Positions 18,960 to 29,658 of a DNA stretch of 64,000 bases are shown here, in pieces. Made by a program: the position numbers and the translations under genes. The notes beneath the pieces are model-generated. The model was not told the DNA's origin. It did not search any database and saw only the letters and a program-made list of their open reading frames with translations. The stretch's first letter is position 1. Each line of letters opens with the position of its first letter. The stretch spans positions 1-64,000 of the forward strand of contig JBEULP010000058.1 of assembly GCA_041287245.1 (NCBI GenBank), in the 5' to 3' direction. This DNA comes from Infirmifilum sp. Lineage in GTDB: Archaea > Thermoproteota > Thermoprotei > Thermofilales > Thermofilaceae.

Positions 18960-19919
18960 GTGAAAAGCGCCATAGCAGTCGACATTGGGGCTACAAACAC
19001 TCGGGTAGCCTTGGGAGACAGCGATGGGGAGCTTCTCGAGATAGTCATCTTTAACACCTGGGACTCTCAAACTCCAGAGGAGTATGTCGCAAGGATAGCT
19101 GGGATAGCGCGGGAACTGGAGAGAAAGTTTAACGTCGAAGCTTTGGGCGTGGGGGTTGGTTCTCCGGGTCCAATTAATATAAAGACCGGTGAGATAGTTA
19201 ACGCTCCTAACATGCCCTTCAGGAGAATCGAGATTGTGAGGCTTCTCCGCGAAGCTTTAGGGAAGCCTGTAGCCTTTGCAAATGACGCCGTAACAGCCGC
19301 TGTGGGCGAGAAGTACTGGGGGTTAGGTAGAGATAAGGAGAACCTGGTTTATGTTACTCTTAGCACAGGCATAGGGGGAGGTGTGTACGTGGATGGTGAA
19401 CTCCTGCTAGGCAAGGAGGGTAATGCGCATGAGATAGGGCATGTCGTCGTAGACGCCGAGGGCTGGCTAACCTGTGGCTGCGGTAAGCGGGGGCACTGGG
19501 AGGCTTATTCCTCGGGCAGGGGCATACCTAACCTTGCGAGGTTTTTAGCAGATAGAGACCCTGTTGTTAGAATGGAGACTAGGCTAGATCTCGGGCCCGA
19601 CTTGAACGCTAAGAAGGTCTTTGACGCTTTTAGGTTAGGCGACGCACTGGCTAGGAAGGTTATTGAGCTTGTAAGCAAGTTTAACGCCTTTGGCTTTGCA
19701 AACATTGTAAACGTATACGACCCTGAACTTATCACGATTGGAGGCTCCGTGGCTCTCAACAACGCAGACGTGCTTGTTGAGGGCCTAAGAAGCCGGGTTG
19801 CCGAGTACGCCATTAACACTGTTCCACCTATAGTGCTCACACCCCTCGGCCAAAACGTTGGAATAATGGGTGCGCTGGCACTAGGACTCGGAATGGAGAA
19901 AAAAGTCCCGTTGCGTTAG
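18960..19919 (+). CDS. glk: ROK-family sugar kinase (glucokinase)
   Basis: VDIGAT, GSPG, ANDA, STGIGGG, EIGH, CGCGKRGHWE. Confidence 0.9.
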   Translation: MKSAIAVDIGATNTRVALGDSDGELLEIVIFNTWDSQTPEEYVARIAGIARELERKFNVEALGVGVGSPGPINIKTGEIVNAPNMPFRRIEIVRLLREALGKPVAFANDAVTAAVGEKYWGLGRDKENLVYVTLSTGIGGGVYVDGELLLGKEGNAHEIGHVVVDAEGWLTCGCGKRGHWEAYSSGRGIPNLARFLADRDPVVRMETRLDLGPDLNAKKVFDAFRLGDALARKVIELVSKFNAFGFANIVNVYDPELITIGGSVALNNADVLVEGLRSRVAEYAINTVPPIVLTPLGQNVGIMGALALGLGMEKKVPLR

Positions 19920-19962
19920 GATCATCCAAAGAAAAATAGAGAGGCTAGATGCGTTTGAATTC

Positions 19963-21384
19963 CTATTTAAGTATGAGCCAGCGAGTCTTGTCCTTCTCAT
20001 CCATTAAAACCACGCCGAGCTCAGAGAGTCTCGACCTGATATAGTCGCTTAGCTCCCAGTTCTTCTGTGCCCTTAGAGTGTTTCTGACCTCGACTAGGAG
20101 GTTTATTAGAGAGTCGACTGGTATAGCTTCCTTTACCGTCTCATACAGCACGTCGTCAAGTACTCCTAGAACACGGTTAAACTCTTCTAGGAGCTTGTAA
20201 GCCTTAAATACCGTGGAATAAGTTGGCTCCACAGCTATCCGTGAATAGACCATGTTTGTAAGCCTCATAACGGCGGCAAACGCCGCGCTAGCGTTAAAGT
20301 CTGAGTTAAGGGCTTCGTAGAAATCCTTCCTAAGCTGGGACATCTCCATTAGAACTTCGAGTTCCTTATCGGTTAGCCTACCTGTTGGCTCTACCTCCTT
20401 GAAAAGCTTTGACAGCGTTTGCGCCGCGCCTCTGAGACGCTGGAGGTTGGACTGTGCCTGCGTGAGAGCGTCGTCGCTGAAGCTCAGAATAGTTCTATAA
20501 TGCGCGCTGGCAAGCCAAAGCCTAACGACTAGTGGGTCGTATGAGTTGAACAAGTCTCTTAGTGGCACAATATTCTTCAGGCTTTTACTCATCTTCTCCC
20601 CGCCTACCTGCAACATGCCTGTATGCATCCAGTACTTGACCCATGGTCGTTCGCCGAAAAGCGATTCGCTCTGGGCCCTTTCATTCTCATGGTGCGGGAA
20701 GATTAAATCGGAGCCGCCCCCATGTATATCGAACCTCTTACCTAGGTATCGTGAAGACATAACGCTGCACTCGATGTGCCATCCAGGCCTCCCTGGACCC
20801 CAGGGTGACTCCCAGTAGGGCTCGCCGGGTTTGCGTGCCTTCCAGAGGGCAAAGTCGTAAGGGTTCTTTTTCTCAGTTGCGAACTCCTCCTGCGACCACA
20901 TCTTTTTATCCAGACGCCCGCTAAGCCTGCCGTAGTCATCGTAGGTGTCCACGTCGAAGTAGACGCTTCCGCTCGGAGCCACATACGCGTGCCCCGAGTC
21001 TATAAGCTTCTGGATGAACTCGATTATCTCGCCTATGTGTTCGGTTACCCTTGGGTGAGCGTCGACAAACACTCTTAGTTTTTTAAGAGCATCCAGGTAG
21101 TCTCGACTGTACTCGTCGACGATCTCCCTCCAGTCCCTGCCTTCGTCCCGTGCCCTGTTTATTATCTTGTCGTCAATATCAGTTATGTTCTGTATGTGGA
21201 TCACATCATATCCGAGGAGCCTGAGGTACCTCTTGACAACGTCAAACGCCACATAGGTTCGCGCGTGACCCACGTGCGAGAAATCGTAGACCGTGGGTCC
21301 GCATACATACATCAATACTCTGCCAGGGTTTACGGGTTCAAATGCCTCGATGCTCCGCGATAGCGTATTGTATACTTGTAACAC
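19963..21384 (-). CDS. cysS: cysteinyl-tRNA synthetase
   Basis: [28 protein letters not shown]. Confidence 0.97.
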   Translation of the reverse strand: MLQVYNTLSRSIEAFEPVNPGRVLMYVCGPTVYDFSHVGHARTYVAFDVVKRYLRLLGYDVIHIQNITDIDDKIINRARDEGRDWREIVDEYSRDYLDALKKLRVFVDAHPRVTEHIGEIIEFIQKLIDSGHAYVAPSGSVYFDVDTYDDYGRLSGRLDKKMWSQEEFATEKKNPYDFALWKARKPGEPYWESPWGPGRPGWHIECSVMSSRYLGKRFDIHGGGSDLIFPHHENERAQSESLFGERPWVKYWMHTGMLQVGGEKMSKSLKNIVPLRDLFNSYDPLVVRLWLASAHYRTILSFSDDALTQAQSNLQRLRGAAQTLSKLFKEVEPTGRLTDKELEVLMEMSQLRKDFYEALNSDFNASAAFAAVMRLTNMVYSRIAVEPTYSTVFKAYKLLEEFNRVLGVLDDVLYETVKEAIPVDSLINLLVEVRNTLRAQKNWELSDYIRSRLSELGVVLMDEKDKTRWLILK

Positions 21385-21454
21385 AATATGCTTTCACCGG
21401 CAGTCATCTGTTCGATAAGATTGTTTTATATTTTTCTCGCCCCCAGAGAGAAAA

Positions 21455-22264
21455 GTGGCTAAAATCACGTTTGCCGAGGCCCTCGAGCTTAACTTGAATC
21501 CGAGTGAACTCTGTATCTCAGACGGTGTAGCCGAGAACAGGATACCACTAAACTGTATAAAAGTGGACACTCTCGACATTCTCTCGCTCGACAGTCTTCA
21601 CTCTGAAATTCATGCGAGAAAGCCCGAGAGGATAGTCGGCATTGGAGGATTTACAGCTGTAAACGCCGCAAAAGTATTGTCTGTTAAAAGGCTTAAAAAG
21701 GGCGGGTTAAAACAAGCTGTTTTTGAAAACCCCTTTCCCCTTATACCCGTAACCCTTGTTCCAACTGCTAGAGCCTTTTGTACAGAAGTTACCCCGCTAA
21801 CCATCTTCTTTGATTCGAGCGTACCAGTCTACAATGTTCTCTTTATCGACCCGGAGACCGTAAAAGTACCTTTAAATCTGTATTCCCGAAACCCCGAGCG
21901 AGAGAGAGGCGGGTACACGCCTACCAGCTGGGAGGAGGGGAAACTACAGGATTACATCTCATTTTGCAGCAGAGCTTATACAAGGCTACTTGACCTTGAA
22001 TTCATACTCTCCCTGAGCATAGCCGCCTTGACAGGGGTTAACCTTGAAGTTGCCTATTCCTGCATCAGGCAACTCTCCGAAAAGCCTTTAGACGAGATAG
22101 CTTTACAAGATACTTTCAGCCGTATAGCTCGCCAAGTTGAGAGAAAAGTCGACCACTACGTGGAGCACACATGGAGCTTTTATAGGAATTTTCTCGTTAA
22201 GTGGGGTGTAAGGAACAGGGCTCAATTATACAAAAAATACGTTTCTATTCTGTCCTACGAATAA
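21455..22264 (+). CDS. hypothetical protein with degenerate Fe-ADH/glycerol-1-phosphate dehydrogenase-like N-terminal domain
   Basis: ERIVGIGGFTAVNAAK and IPVTLVPTA resemble GGGxxxDxAK and IPT motifs. Confidence 0.5.
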   Translation: MAKITFAEALELNLNPSELCISDGVAENRIPLNCIKVDTLDILSLDSLHSEIHARKPERIVGIGGFTAVNAAKVLSVKRLKKGGLKQAVFENPFPLIPVTLVPTARAFCTEVTPLTIFFDSSVPVYNVLFIDPETVKVPLNLYSRNPERERGGYTPTSWEEGKLQDYISFCSRAYTRLLDLEFILSLSIAALTGVNLEVAYSCIRQLSEKPLDEIALQDTFSRIARQVERKVDHYVEHTWSFYRNFLVKWGVRNRAQLYKKYVSILSYE

Positions 22265-22988
22265 TATTAAGGAAACGGCGAGTTCTCTCGGTAGAAGGGT
22301 TCTCAAGCACCTTTCTCGCATCCCCCATTTCTACAACCACTCCATCCTCAAGTATTACAATAGTATCAGCTATGTCCCGTGTAAAGTCCAATTCATGCGT
22401 GACCGCTAACATCGCTATCCCCCTGTGTGCGACCTCTCGCAGCGTGTCTAGAACCTCCGCCTTCAGCTCTGGGTCTAGGGCAGACGTGGGCTCATCTAGC
22501 AACAGAATTATGGGATCCATCGCCAGGGCCCTAGCTATAGCAACCCTCTGCTGTTGACCCCCGCTTAGCTGAAGTGGGTATTTCTCTTCATACCCACGTA
22601 GGTTTACCAGTTCAAGCACCTCCAGCGCCTTCTTTCTAGCCTCCTCGGCGCTATACCCTTTTATAATCTTAAGCGGAAGAGTGATGTTGTCGATTACCTT
22701 CATGTGCGGGAAGAGATTATAGCTTTGAAAAACAAAACCCGTCTTCGCTCTAGCCGCCCGGAGGTCGACGTTGCCAGATGTAAGTTCCTCGCCGTCCAGA
22801 AAAACCTTCCCATGGAGGGGCTTTACCAGTAAAACCGCCGTCTTCAGAAGAGTACTTTTTCCGCTACCACTTGGACCCATTATCACCACTTTAGCCCCTC
22901 TCCTGACTTTTAGCGAGACTCCTTTAAGCACAGTCTGACCCTCGTAGCCAGCCCAGACATCCTGAAACTCAAGGACAACGTCCGACAT
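22245..22988 (-). CDS. glnQ: polar amino acid ABC transporter ATPase
   Basis: GPSGSGKST, LSGGQQQRVAIARAL, DEPTSALDPE. Confidence 0.92.
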   Translation of the reverse strand: MSDVVLEFQDVWAGYEGQTVLKGVSLKVRRGAKVVIMGPSGSGKSTLLKTAVLLVKPLHGKVFLDGEELTSGNVDLRAARAKTGFVFQSYNLFPHMKVIDNITLPLKIIKGYSAEEARKKALEVLELVNLRGYEEKYPLQLSGGQQQRVAIARALAMDPIILLLDEPTSALDPELKAEVLDTLREVAHRGIAMLAVTHELDFTRDIADTIVILEDGVVVEMGDARKVLENPSTERTRRFLNIIRRTE

Positions 22989-22991
22989 TGC

Positions 22992-23657
22992 TCAGGCACC
23001 CGCGTATCCAGGTATTTGGAGCTTTCTCTCAAGTATACGTGAGCTGTGAGAAAATGTGTAGCAGAGCACGAAGTAGAGTAGGGCTACTATAAGGTAAGCT
23101 TCGAAGGCCCTGTAAGTGTAAGCCGCGACGTATTGACCCCTTCTTGTGAGCTCTACAATACCGATAACTGCGGCTAAGGAGCTCTCTTTTACCACAGTTA
23201 CAAACTCGTTTACAAGGGATGGTATTGAAATCCTCAACGCCTGAGGCAGAATGACGTAGCGGAGTATCTGTGCCAGTGAGAAGCCTAGAGACTCTGCAGA
23301 CAGCACCTGGCTGTCTGGTATGCTTTTCACCGCTGATCTAAAAATCTCTGCCTGGTAGGCGCCGCTGTTCAAGCCCAACGCCAGTATACTCGCGGTGAAG
23401 GCGTCCAGCTTAATGCCTATCGAGGGCAGACCGAAGTAGAGCACAAAGAGTTGTACGAGGAGAGGGGTTCCACGTATCGGCTCTATATATGCACGAGCGA
23501 CAGGTCTGAGCGGGGAGAGCGAGAGTGCTAGGAGCGATGCCCCGAGGGAAAGCCCGATGGCGAAGGAGATCACAGACAGTTGCAGAGTGGTTATGAGCCC
23601 CTGGGATATAAATGGAAGATATTCTACTAGGAAATCTATAAAGCTCGTATAAACCAC
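22992..23657 (-). CDS. polar amino acid ABC transporter permease
   Basis: IRGTPLLVQL, AYQAEIFR, VILPQA. Confidence 0.92.
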   Translation of the reverse strand: MVYTSFIDFLVEYLPFISQGLITTLQLSVISFAIGLSLGASLLALSLSPLRPVARAYIEPIRGTPLLVQLFVLYFGLPSIGIKLDAFTASILALGLNSGAYQAEIFRSAVKSIPDSQVLSAESLGFSLAQILRYVILPQALRISIPSLVNEFVTVVKESSLAAVIGIVELTRRGQYVAAYTYRAFEAYLIVALLYFVLCYTFSHSSRILERKLQIPGYAGA

Positions 23658-23682
23658 CTAAAAAATAATTTTTGGAGGTTTA

Positions 23683-24516
23683 TTAACTTCCGCCTAGCCA
23701 TTTAATGGTCTCGTTCAGGAAGATCTGATCCATTTCTCCTGAGTTTATAAGGTCTTCAATAACCTTGTCCACTAGTACTTTAAGGTCGCCGGCGCCTTTA
23801 GGCATAGCCACGGCGGCACCGGCGGTCGGTTTTCCAATGGCGAAGGCAATCTTTAAATCCGGGTTCTTAACAACCAACGCACCAGCGATTTTTTCCCCAA
23901 TTATTATCGCATCAACGTCTCCACGCTGCAAGACCATAACCATGTCTGGATATACTTTGTCATAGGTTTTTATCTGTGCCTTGCCCTGTAGGTTCTGGTT
24001 AGCATACTCCTCCTGTATCGTCCCGGTTTGCACGCCAACGCTCTTCCCGTAGAGATCCTGAATACTGGATATCTGCGAGCTCTTCAACGTTACGACCACT
24101 CCTTTACTGGCGAAGTAGTAGGGGAAGGAAAAGTCCACTACCTGTTCACGCTCGGAGGTAGGGGTCATGTCTGCTAAGACTATATCAACCATTCCGTTTT
24201 TCACAGCTTCGATAAGAGCGGAGAACTGCATGTCCTTAACTTCTAGTTGTACCCCAAGAGCCTGAGCTATTCGTTTGGCGATCTCGATATCTATTCCCGC
24301 GAAATTTCCGTTCTTGTCTACGTATTCAAACGGTGGCCAGTCGGCTGAGGTTCCCATGATAAGTTTGCCACGTGCTTTAATCTTGTCAATATAGCTGGCC
24401 TGTGTAGTTGTCGAGACATGCCATAGCGGATAGCCTAGTCCGATGCCTATTAAAAGTCCTATAATGAATGCTGCTATCAGTTCAATTTTATTTAATTTTA
24501 TTGCCTTGTTCTGCAT
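23683..24516 (-). CDS. polar amino acid ABC transporter substrate-binding protein (family 3)
   Basis: GTSADWPPFEY, GIDIEIA, VDFSFPYY, GVQTGTIQE; N-terminal anchor. Confidence 0.92.
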   Translation of the reverse strand: MQNKAIKLNKIELIAAFIIGLLIGIGLGYPLWHVSTTTQASYIDKIKARGKLIMGTSADWPPFEYVDKNGNFAGIDIEIAKRIAQALGVQLEVKDMQFSALIEAVKNGMVDIVLADMTPTSEREQVVDFSFPYYFASKGVVVTLKSSQISSIQDLYGKSVGVQTGTIQEEYANQNLQGKAQIKTYDKVYPDMVMVLQRGDVDAIIIGEKIAGALVVKNPDLKIAFAIGKPTAGAAVAMPKGAGDLKVLVDKVIEDLINSGEMDQIFLNETIKWLGGS

Positions 24517-24542
24517 CGGTTTTCGAACATACTGGCTTATAT

Positions 24543-24581
24543 AAACGTTTCTTTTTGTTAAAAAATCTTTAAACGTTTAAA
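24543..24581. promoter_or_regulatory. palindromic candidate operator in a divergent promoter region
   Basis: AAACGTTT at 24543-24550 and perfect TTTAAACGTTTAAA at 24568-24581. Confidence 0.35.
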
Positions 24582-24645
24582 AATACTCTATATTTTAACC
24601 TTTCCTAAGAAAGTTTTAAAAAGGCTTCCACCGTTCTTCGTCAAC

Positions 24646-25323
24646 ATGCCTGCTAGGGACAACGTGGTGAAACACGTTAAGAGCGCTTTAATGACAAGAC
24701 CATACATACTTGAGTCAATGCGTCTCGGAATAGTCAACTATTCTGCCCTTGCAAGGCTCCTACACAGCGAGGTTGAGAGGCTTTCTGGTAGAAAACTAAC
24801 TCAGCTCTCAGTCAAGATGGCTGTCCTTAGAGCTTCTAAGGAGCTTTTAGAGGAGGGAGCCACAGCTAGAAAACTCGCTCTAGCTCTTGTTGGTAGCGAG
24901 ATTAAACTTGTAGGAGGACTTGGTGTTTTATCTGTAGACCCTTCGAAGGCAAACGTGATATTCTCTAGCCTTTCTTCGAGGCCCTCTAGTGAAGAATATG
25001 TACAGCTTGTAAGAGGGTCTAGCGCGTTGACGCTTATTGGGAGTGAGGAATTCCTGGAGCGCATCTACTCTTCCATTGAGAAAAGTAATGTTAAACAATT
25101 CCTGAGAAGGCAATCTGCAATTATCGTAACAGGACCTCCAGATATTCTAGTCACACCGGGTGTGGTATCCGTGGTATCAATGGCGCTTTCAGTCAGGGGA
25201 ATAAACTTGACGGAGGTAGTTTCGAGCTACAGGGACATAATATTTATTCTCAGCTCGGATGAGGCCCCTAAAGCATATAATATTCTCAGGGACCTTGTTT
25301 CGAGTTTGAAGTCTCTTCTTTAG
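24646..25323 (+). CDS. ACT-domain-containing putative regulator
   Basis: GIVNYSALAR helical N-terminus; C-terminal ACT (TPGVV..GINLTEVVSSYRD). Confidence 0.8.
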   Translation: MPARDNVVKHVKSALMTRPYILESMRLGIVNYSALARLLHSEVERLSGRKLTQLSVKMAVLRASKELLEEGATARKLALALVGSEIKLVGGLGVLSVDPSKANVIFSSLSSRPSSEEYVQLVRGSSALTLIGSEEFLERIYSSIEKSNVKQFLRRQSAIIVTGPPDILVTPGVVSVVSMALSVRGINLTEVVSSYRDIIFILSSDEAPKAYNILRDLVSSLKSLL

Positions 25324-26203
25324 GCTTCCCAGGGCTTGCCCCTAAAGTCCCAGCGATTTTTTCTGCCAGCCCAATTATGCTTTTTGCGGTCTCGCTATCA
25401 GGGTAGGCTATTACAAAAGGTATGCCGTTGTCGACTGACTCGCCTATCCGCGGGTCAATCGGGATCTCGGCGAGAAGCTTTATGCCTGTCTCCTCGGAGA
25501 GCCTTGCAGCCCCGCCCTGTCCGAATATGTAGTGTTTCGTACCGCATATAGGGCACGTGAAGTGGCTCATGTTATTCACGACTCCCAGCAGGGGGACGTT
25601 CAGCTGCTTGCAAAAAGTAATAGCTTTCTTAACAACAATTCGGGTTAGGTCACTGGGTGTAGTTATCACTATTGCCCCGTTAAGATCCTTTATTAGCTGA
25701 GCAATCGTTAGAGGCTCGTCCCCAGTGCCCGGTGGGAGATCTATCAATAGGAAGTCTAGGGAGCCCCATGCTACCATTGAGAGTAGCTCGCGTATAAAGC
25801 CCGTTTTGAGAGGGCCACGCCATATCAGCGCTGTGTCCTCATCCGGCAGCATTAAATCAGCTGATACAACTCGAACCCCACCTACCCCTACCATGGGTAG
25901 TAATCCGGCGGGACCAGCTACCATACCTTGCCCGTGAAGCCCGAACATCTTGGGAATGGAGGGTCCATGGATGTCTGCATCGAGTACGCCGACCTCGAAG
26001 CCCTTTGAGGCTAGAGCTGCTGCAAGGTTTGCAGTTACAAAGCTCTTCCCAACGCCTCCCTTACCGCTTAGAATAATTATCTTGTATTTAATCTGGCTTA
26101 GTCTCTTCCTTGCAGTTTCCTCTTGCTCTCTTATTTGCTTTAAAGTCTGCAGTTTTGCTTCACGCTCTTTAGCTGATGACACATTGCATACCTTGTTTTC
26201 CAA
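25286..26203 (-). CDS. mrp: Mrp/NBP35 Fe-S cluster carrier ATPase
   Basis: SGKGGVGKS, DADIHGPS, DLPPGTGD, CPIC. Confidence 0.93.
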   Translation of the reverse strand: MENKVCNVSSAKEREAKLQTLKQIREQEETARKRLSQIKYKIIILSGKGGVGKSFVTANLAAALASKGFEVGVLDADIHGPSIPKMFGLHGQGMVAGPAGLLPMVGVGGVRVVSADLMLPDEDTALIWRGPLKTGFIRELLSMVAWGSLDFLLIDLPPGTGDEPLTIAQLIKDLNGAIVITTPSDLTRIVVKKAITFCKQLNVPLLGVVNNMSHFTCPICGTKHYIFGQGGAARLSEETGIKLLAEIPIDPRIGESVDNGIPFVIAYPDSETAKSIIGLAEKIAGTLGASPGKPKEETSNSKQGP

Positions 26204-26309
26204 CTAATAAACCTTTAGATTCACGCGCTCAGAAGGCTACTTCAAAAAGATCTTCGAGAATTAAATCCCCCGTATAAGTAGTGAAGCTTTTTTAAGATTA
26301 TAAACATCT

Positions 26310-26933
26310 TTAAAGTAAGACCATCAGCAAGGATGCTAGGAGTAGAATTAGCCAAACAGGGATGCTCCAATTGAAAACCTTTCTGCCGTCTAGGGGACCG
26401 AACGGTAGAAGGTTGAAGAATGCTATCCAGCCGCTGAAGTTCATCACCGTCCTAGCGAATGGCCCTCCCGCGAGGAGCCCGACCAACCCTAAGATGATGT
26501 TAGTTACTGGACCCGCAGCTGAGATTATCCCGTTAGTTTTCTTGCTAATGCCCGTGCTTGTGTAGATGTATACTGTCCCCGGAGCGATAAATTTTATAGG
26601 GATGAATGGTATCGCGGATAAGAGGGTTAGGAAGAAAAACTCCCAAACTATGGAAAAACGCGCGGGGTAGCCGTAGAACTCCGCAGTAAACTTGTGTGCT
26701 AGTTCATGCGGGACGTAGATTACGAAGGCTAGGGTTAATACTCTTAAAAACTGTATGAAGTTTCCATAAGGCTGGTAAAGTATAAAGGTGTACCCGCTCG
26801 CCAAAACGGCGAATACTGCTAAGGTTGCGAGGGTGAGCTCTAGAACCTCACGCGGGTAAAATACTTCTCTAGCCATATTAGACCAGATGAAAGGTTTTAA
26901 TAATAATTTTTCCATTGGAGGTTCTCCCAACAA
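26310..26933 (-). CDS. M50 site-2 intramembrane metalloprotease
   Basis: HELAH, AGPVTN, FNLLPFGPLDG. Confidence 0.88.
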   Translation of the reverse strand: MLGEPPMEKLLLKPFIWSNMAREVFYPREVLELTLATLAVFAVLASGYTFILYQPYGNFIQFLRVLTLAFVIYVPHELAHKFTAEFYGYPARFSIVWEFFFLTLLSAIPFIPIKFIAPGTVYIYTSTGISKKTNGIISAAGPVTNIILGLVGLLAGGPFARTVMNFSGWIAFFNLLPFGPLDGRKVFNWSIPVWLILLLASLLMVLL

Positions 26934-27043
26934 CTTGCCTAATAGTGATTAATTCTATGAGTAAGCAGATTATAGAATTATCTTTTCCCAGTTTTTCTAA
27001 GCAACCTCACCCGGGTTATCTTTATATTCTGTAGTGGTACCCT

Positions 27044-28132
27044 TTGCTTGTGAAAATAAACAGAAGACAGTTCATTCTAGGTGCCGGTGCACTGGTAGCT
27101 GCCGCAGCCCTAGGGTATTATTACTTTACCTTTGGATCAAAGGCAAGGAAAACCTTGAAAGTCTACAACTACAGTGCTTACATAGACCCTGAGATAATCA
27201 AAGAGTTTGAACAAAAGTATAACGCTACCGTTATTTATGATGAGTACGAGTCTGCAGAAGAAGCGTACGCGAAGATCCAGTATGGGGGCGGCGGATACGA
27301 CGTTGTCGTGTTAACTGATCAGTTCGTACCTCAAGCTGTGAAGAAGGGTCTTGTAAAACCCATAGACAAATCTAGACTACCGAATCTTGGCAATATCGAC
27401 CCGTTCTTCTATAGTAACAAATTCGACCCTGGTCTCAACTACGCAATACCTTATGCGTGGGGCACTACGGGCATAGGCTATAATGGGAAATATGTCCAGA
27501 GTGGTGAAATAACAGGGTATGAGCAACTATTCGACACGCAGGACTTTCTACCCAGCCACAAGGGGAAGGTCTCGATGCTTGAGGAGTTCCTGGAGGTTGT
27601 AAATGCAGCTAAACTTTACCTCGGCATCCCGCTCGACGACTGGTCTGACGAGTCTGTCAACAAAATAATATCTCTCCTCAGAAGTCAACGCGATTTCCTA
27701 GCAGGTTACTATGGTGCTAGCATCTACATACCGCAGTTGGCTAAAGGTGATTTGCACGCCGCCCAGGCTTGGAGCGGTGACGTTATACAAGCGCAGAGTG
27801 AAGAACCCGCTGTAGGATACGTTTTGCCGAAGGAGGGCGCTTTCGTGTGGATTGATTTTATGACTATCCCTGCGGGAGCCCGGGAGGTTGACCTCGCGTA
27901 TGCGTGGATCAACTTCATCCTGGATAAAGAGATAGCCGCTAGAAACGTAAGCTATACCTACTACCCCAGCCCCGTAAAGAAGGATCTTCTTAAGGGCCTG
28001 GTGTCCGACGATATACTTGGAAACCCTGCCGTTTACCCGCCTTCTACGGCTAAGTTGATGTTTACGACTCCCGTCGACGAGAACATCTTAAACATAGTCG
28101 AAAGAATAAGCACAAGCGTGAAAAGAATCTAG
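27044..28132 (+). CDS. potD: spermidine/putrescine ABC transporter binding protein with Tat-like signal
   Basis: RRQFI signal, YNYSAYIDP, PYAWGTTGI, WSGD, PKEG..WID. Confidence 0.9.
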   Translation: MLVKINRRQFILGAGALVAAAALGYYYFTFGSKARKTLKVYNYSAYIDPEIIKEFEQKYNATVIYDEYESAEEAYAKIQYGGGGYDVVVLTDQFVPQAVKKGLVKPIDKSRLPNLGNIDPFFYSNKFDPGLNYAIPYAWGTTGIGYNGKYVQSGEITGYEQLFDTQDFLPSHKGKVSMLEEFLEVVNAAKLYLGIPLDDWSDESVNKIISLLRSQRDFLAGYYGASIYIPQLAKGDLHAAQAWSGDVIQAQSEEPAVGYVLPKEGAFVWIDFMTIPAGAREVDLAYAWINFILDKEIAARNVSYTYYPSPVKKDLLKGLVSDDILGNPAVYPPSTAKLMFTTPVDENILNIVERISTSVKRI

Positions 28133-28908
28133 CTTTTTTTAGTTGTAAAGACCTGTCTTGTATAAACATAGCTTGTCAAGAGGGAGATAACGATTAGAAC
28201 AGTTGCTAGTGCGTTAAGCTCCGAGGTAGCCCTACCGCGCGCAGCCCGGGCCCATATAACAAGCGGAAGTGTCTTGAAGCCCGGACCTGTGGTGAATGCA
28301 GTTTTTACGAAATCGTCGAAAGACATGGAGAACGTGATCAGAATAGACGAAATGACCCCGGGGAGGGCGAGAGGAAAATACACTCTTATAAAAACGTCGA
28401 ATGGCTTTGCGCCGAGCGTGTATGCCGCCTCCTCTACACTACTCGACGTCATTTTGAACTGGGGCTTAAGCGCGACGTATGAATAGGAGACGTTGTAGGC
28501 AGTGTGCCCAATGAGAACCGTCCAGAAACCTAGTTCTGAGTTAAGATAGTAGTATAGCATTAGCAGGCTTACGGATTCAACAATCTCGGGAATAACTATT
28601 GGTGCGTAGAAGAAGCTGTCCACAAATGAGGTTGACCCTTTCTTTGCGAAGTAATATGCAGCGATACCGCCTAGCGCTGTAGACAAGAGTGAGGAGAGCA
28701 GAGCCACGCTAAATCCGTTGAAGGTTGCGGTCAGGACCTCGGCGTCTCCGGCTAGTTGGAAATACCACTGAGTAGTAAAGCCCTTAATCTCCCCAGGATA
28801 TTTCGCTGTGTTAAAAGATTGGATTATGACGAAGAGTAGGGGTAGGTATATCGCTATAAGGAGAAAATACGTGTAAGCCTTTAAAGCCTTTTTAAACACT
28901 ACTACCAC
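28129..28908 (-). CDS. potC: polyamine ABC transporter permease
   Basis: YLPL..SFN, FTTQWY, EEAAYTLGA, SFDDF. Confidence 0.88.
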   Translation of the reverse strand: MVVVFKKALKAYTYFLLIAIYLPLLFVIIQSFNTAKYPGEIKGFTTQWYFQLAGDAEVLTATFNGFSVALLSSLLSTALGGIAAYYFAKKGSTSFVDSFFYAPIVIPEIVESVSLLMLYYYLNSELGFWTVLIGHTAYNVSYSYVALKPQFKMTSSSVEEAAYTLGAKPFDVFIRVYFPLALPGVISSILITFSMSFDDFVKTAFTTGPGFKTLPLVIWARAARGRATSELNALATVLIVISLLTSYVYTRQVFTTKKS

Positions 28909-29653
28909 CGTATTTCATGTAGAAATAAACGGCAACAATTGAAGTTAAAGTCACTATGAAGGCAAGCGCCGACCCCACCGCCCAGTTCCTATACTTCAAG
29001 AAGAGATCCCAGATAAGGTATCCGATCGTATAACCGTAAACTCCTCCGAGAAGGCCTGGCACGACAAATTCGGTGAACGCCATCAAGAATACCAGTATAA
29101 CCCCCGAGGCTATACCGGGAGCGGCTAACGGCAATGTTACTCTCAAAGTCGCCTGCCAGGGTTTAGCCCCAAGAGTCTCAGCCGCTTCAAGAAGCCTTCT
29201 CTCGATGCGTTCAAAGGTAGAGTAGATTGGTAGAAGCATGAAGGGCAGATACTCGTATATCATCCCTATGATCATACCTTGAAAAGTGTTGGATAAGCCT
29301 ATAAGAGAGAAGATGTTCATTAAGGCGTAAGCCCTTAAAAGGAAATTGACAAGCATGGGTACTGTGAAGGCGACTAGAATCTTGTTTTTGGTGTCAGCAT
29401 CATCGACCTCGAAGGATAGGTAGTAGGCGGCTGGGAGGGCTAAAGCTAAAGTCATCAGCGTTGTAATCAACGCGATCGCGGCAGAGTACCCCATTATCGA
29501 CAGATAGTCAGCGTTGGTGAGAACAGAAGCGTATAGCCCCACACCACCACGTCTGACACTTTCGAGAAACATAAGAATAAGCGGTACGTAGAAAGTTGAG
29601 ATAACGTACAACAATGGAAGAAGAGCAAGTATAATGACCGGGCTTTTCTTCAT
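28892..29653 (-). CDS. potB: polyamine ABC transporter permease
   Basis: LLRAYA, YLPFMLLPIY, EAAETLGA, NWAVGSAL. Confidence 0.88.
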   Translation of the reverse strand: MKKSPVIILALLPLLYVISTFYVPLILMFLESVRRGGVGLYASVLTNADYLSIMGYSAAIALITTLMTLALALPAAYYLSFEVDDADTKNKILVAFTVPMLVNFLLRAYALMNIFSLIGLSNTFQGMIIGMIYEYLPFMLLPIYSTFERIERRLLEAAETLGAKPWQATLRVTLPLAAPGIASGVILVFLMAFTEFVVPGLLGGVYGYTIGYLIWDLFLKYRNWAVGSALAFIVTLTSIVAVYFYMKYGGSSV

Positions 29654-29658
29654 CCTGT

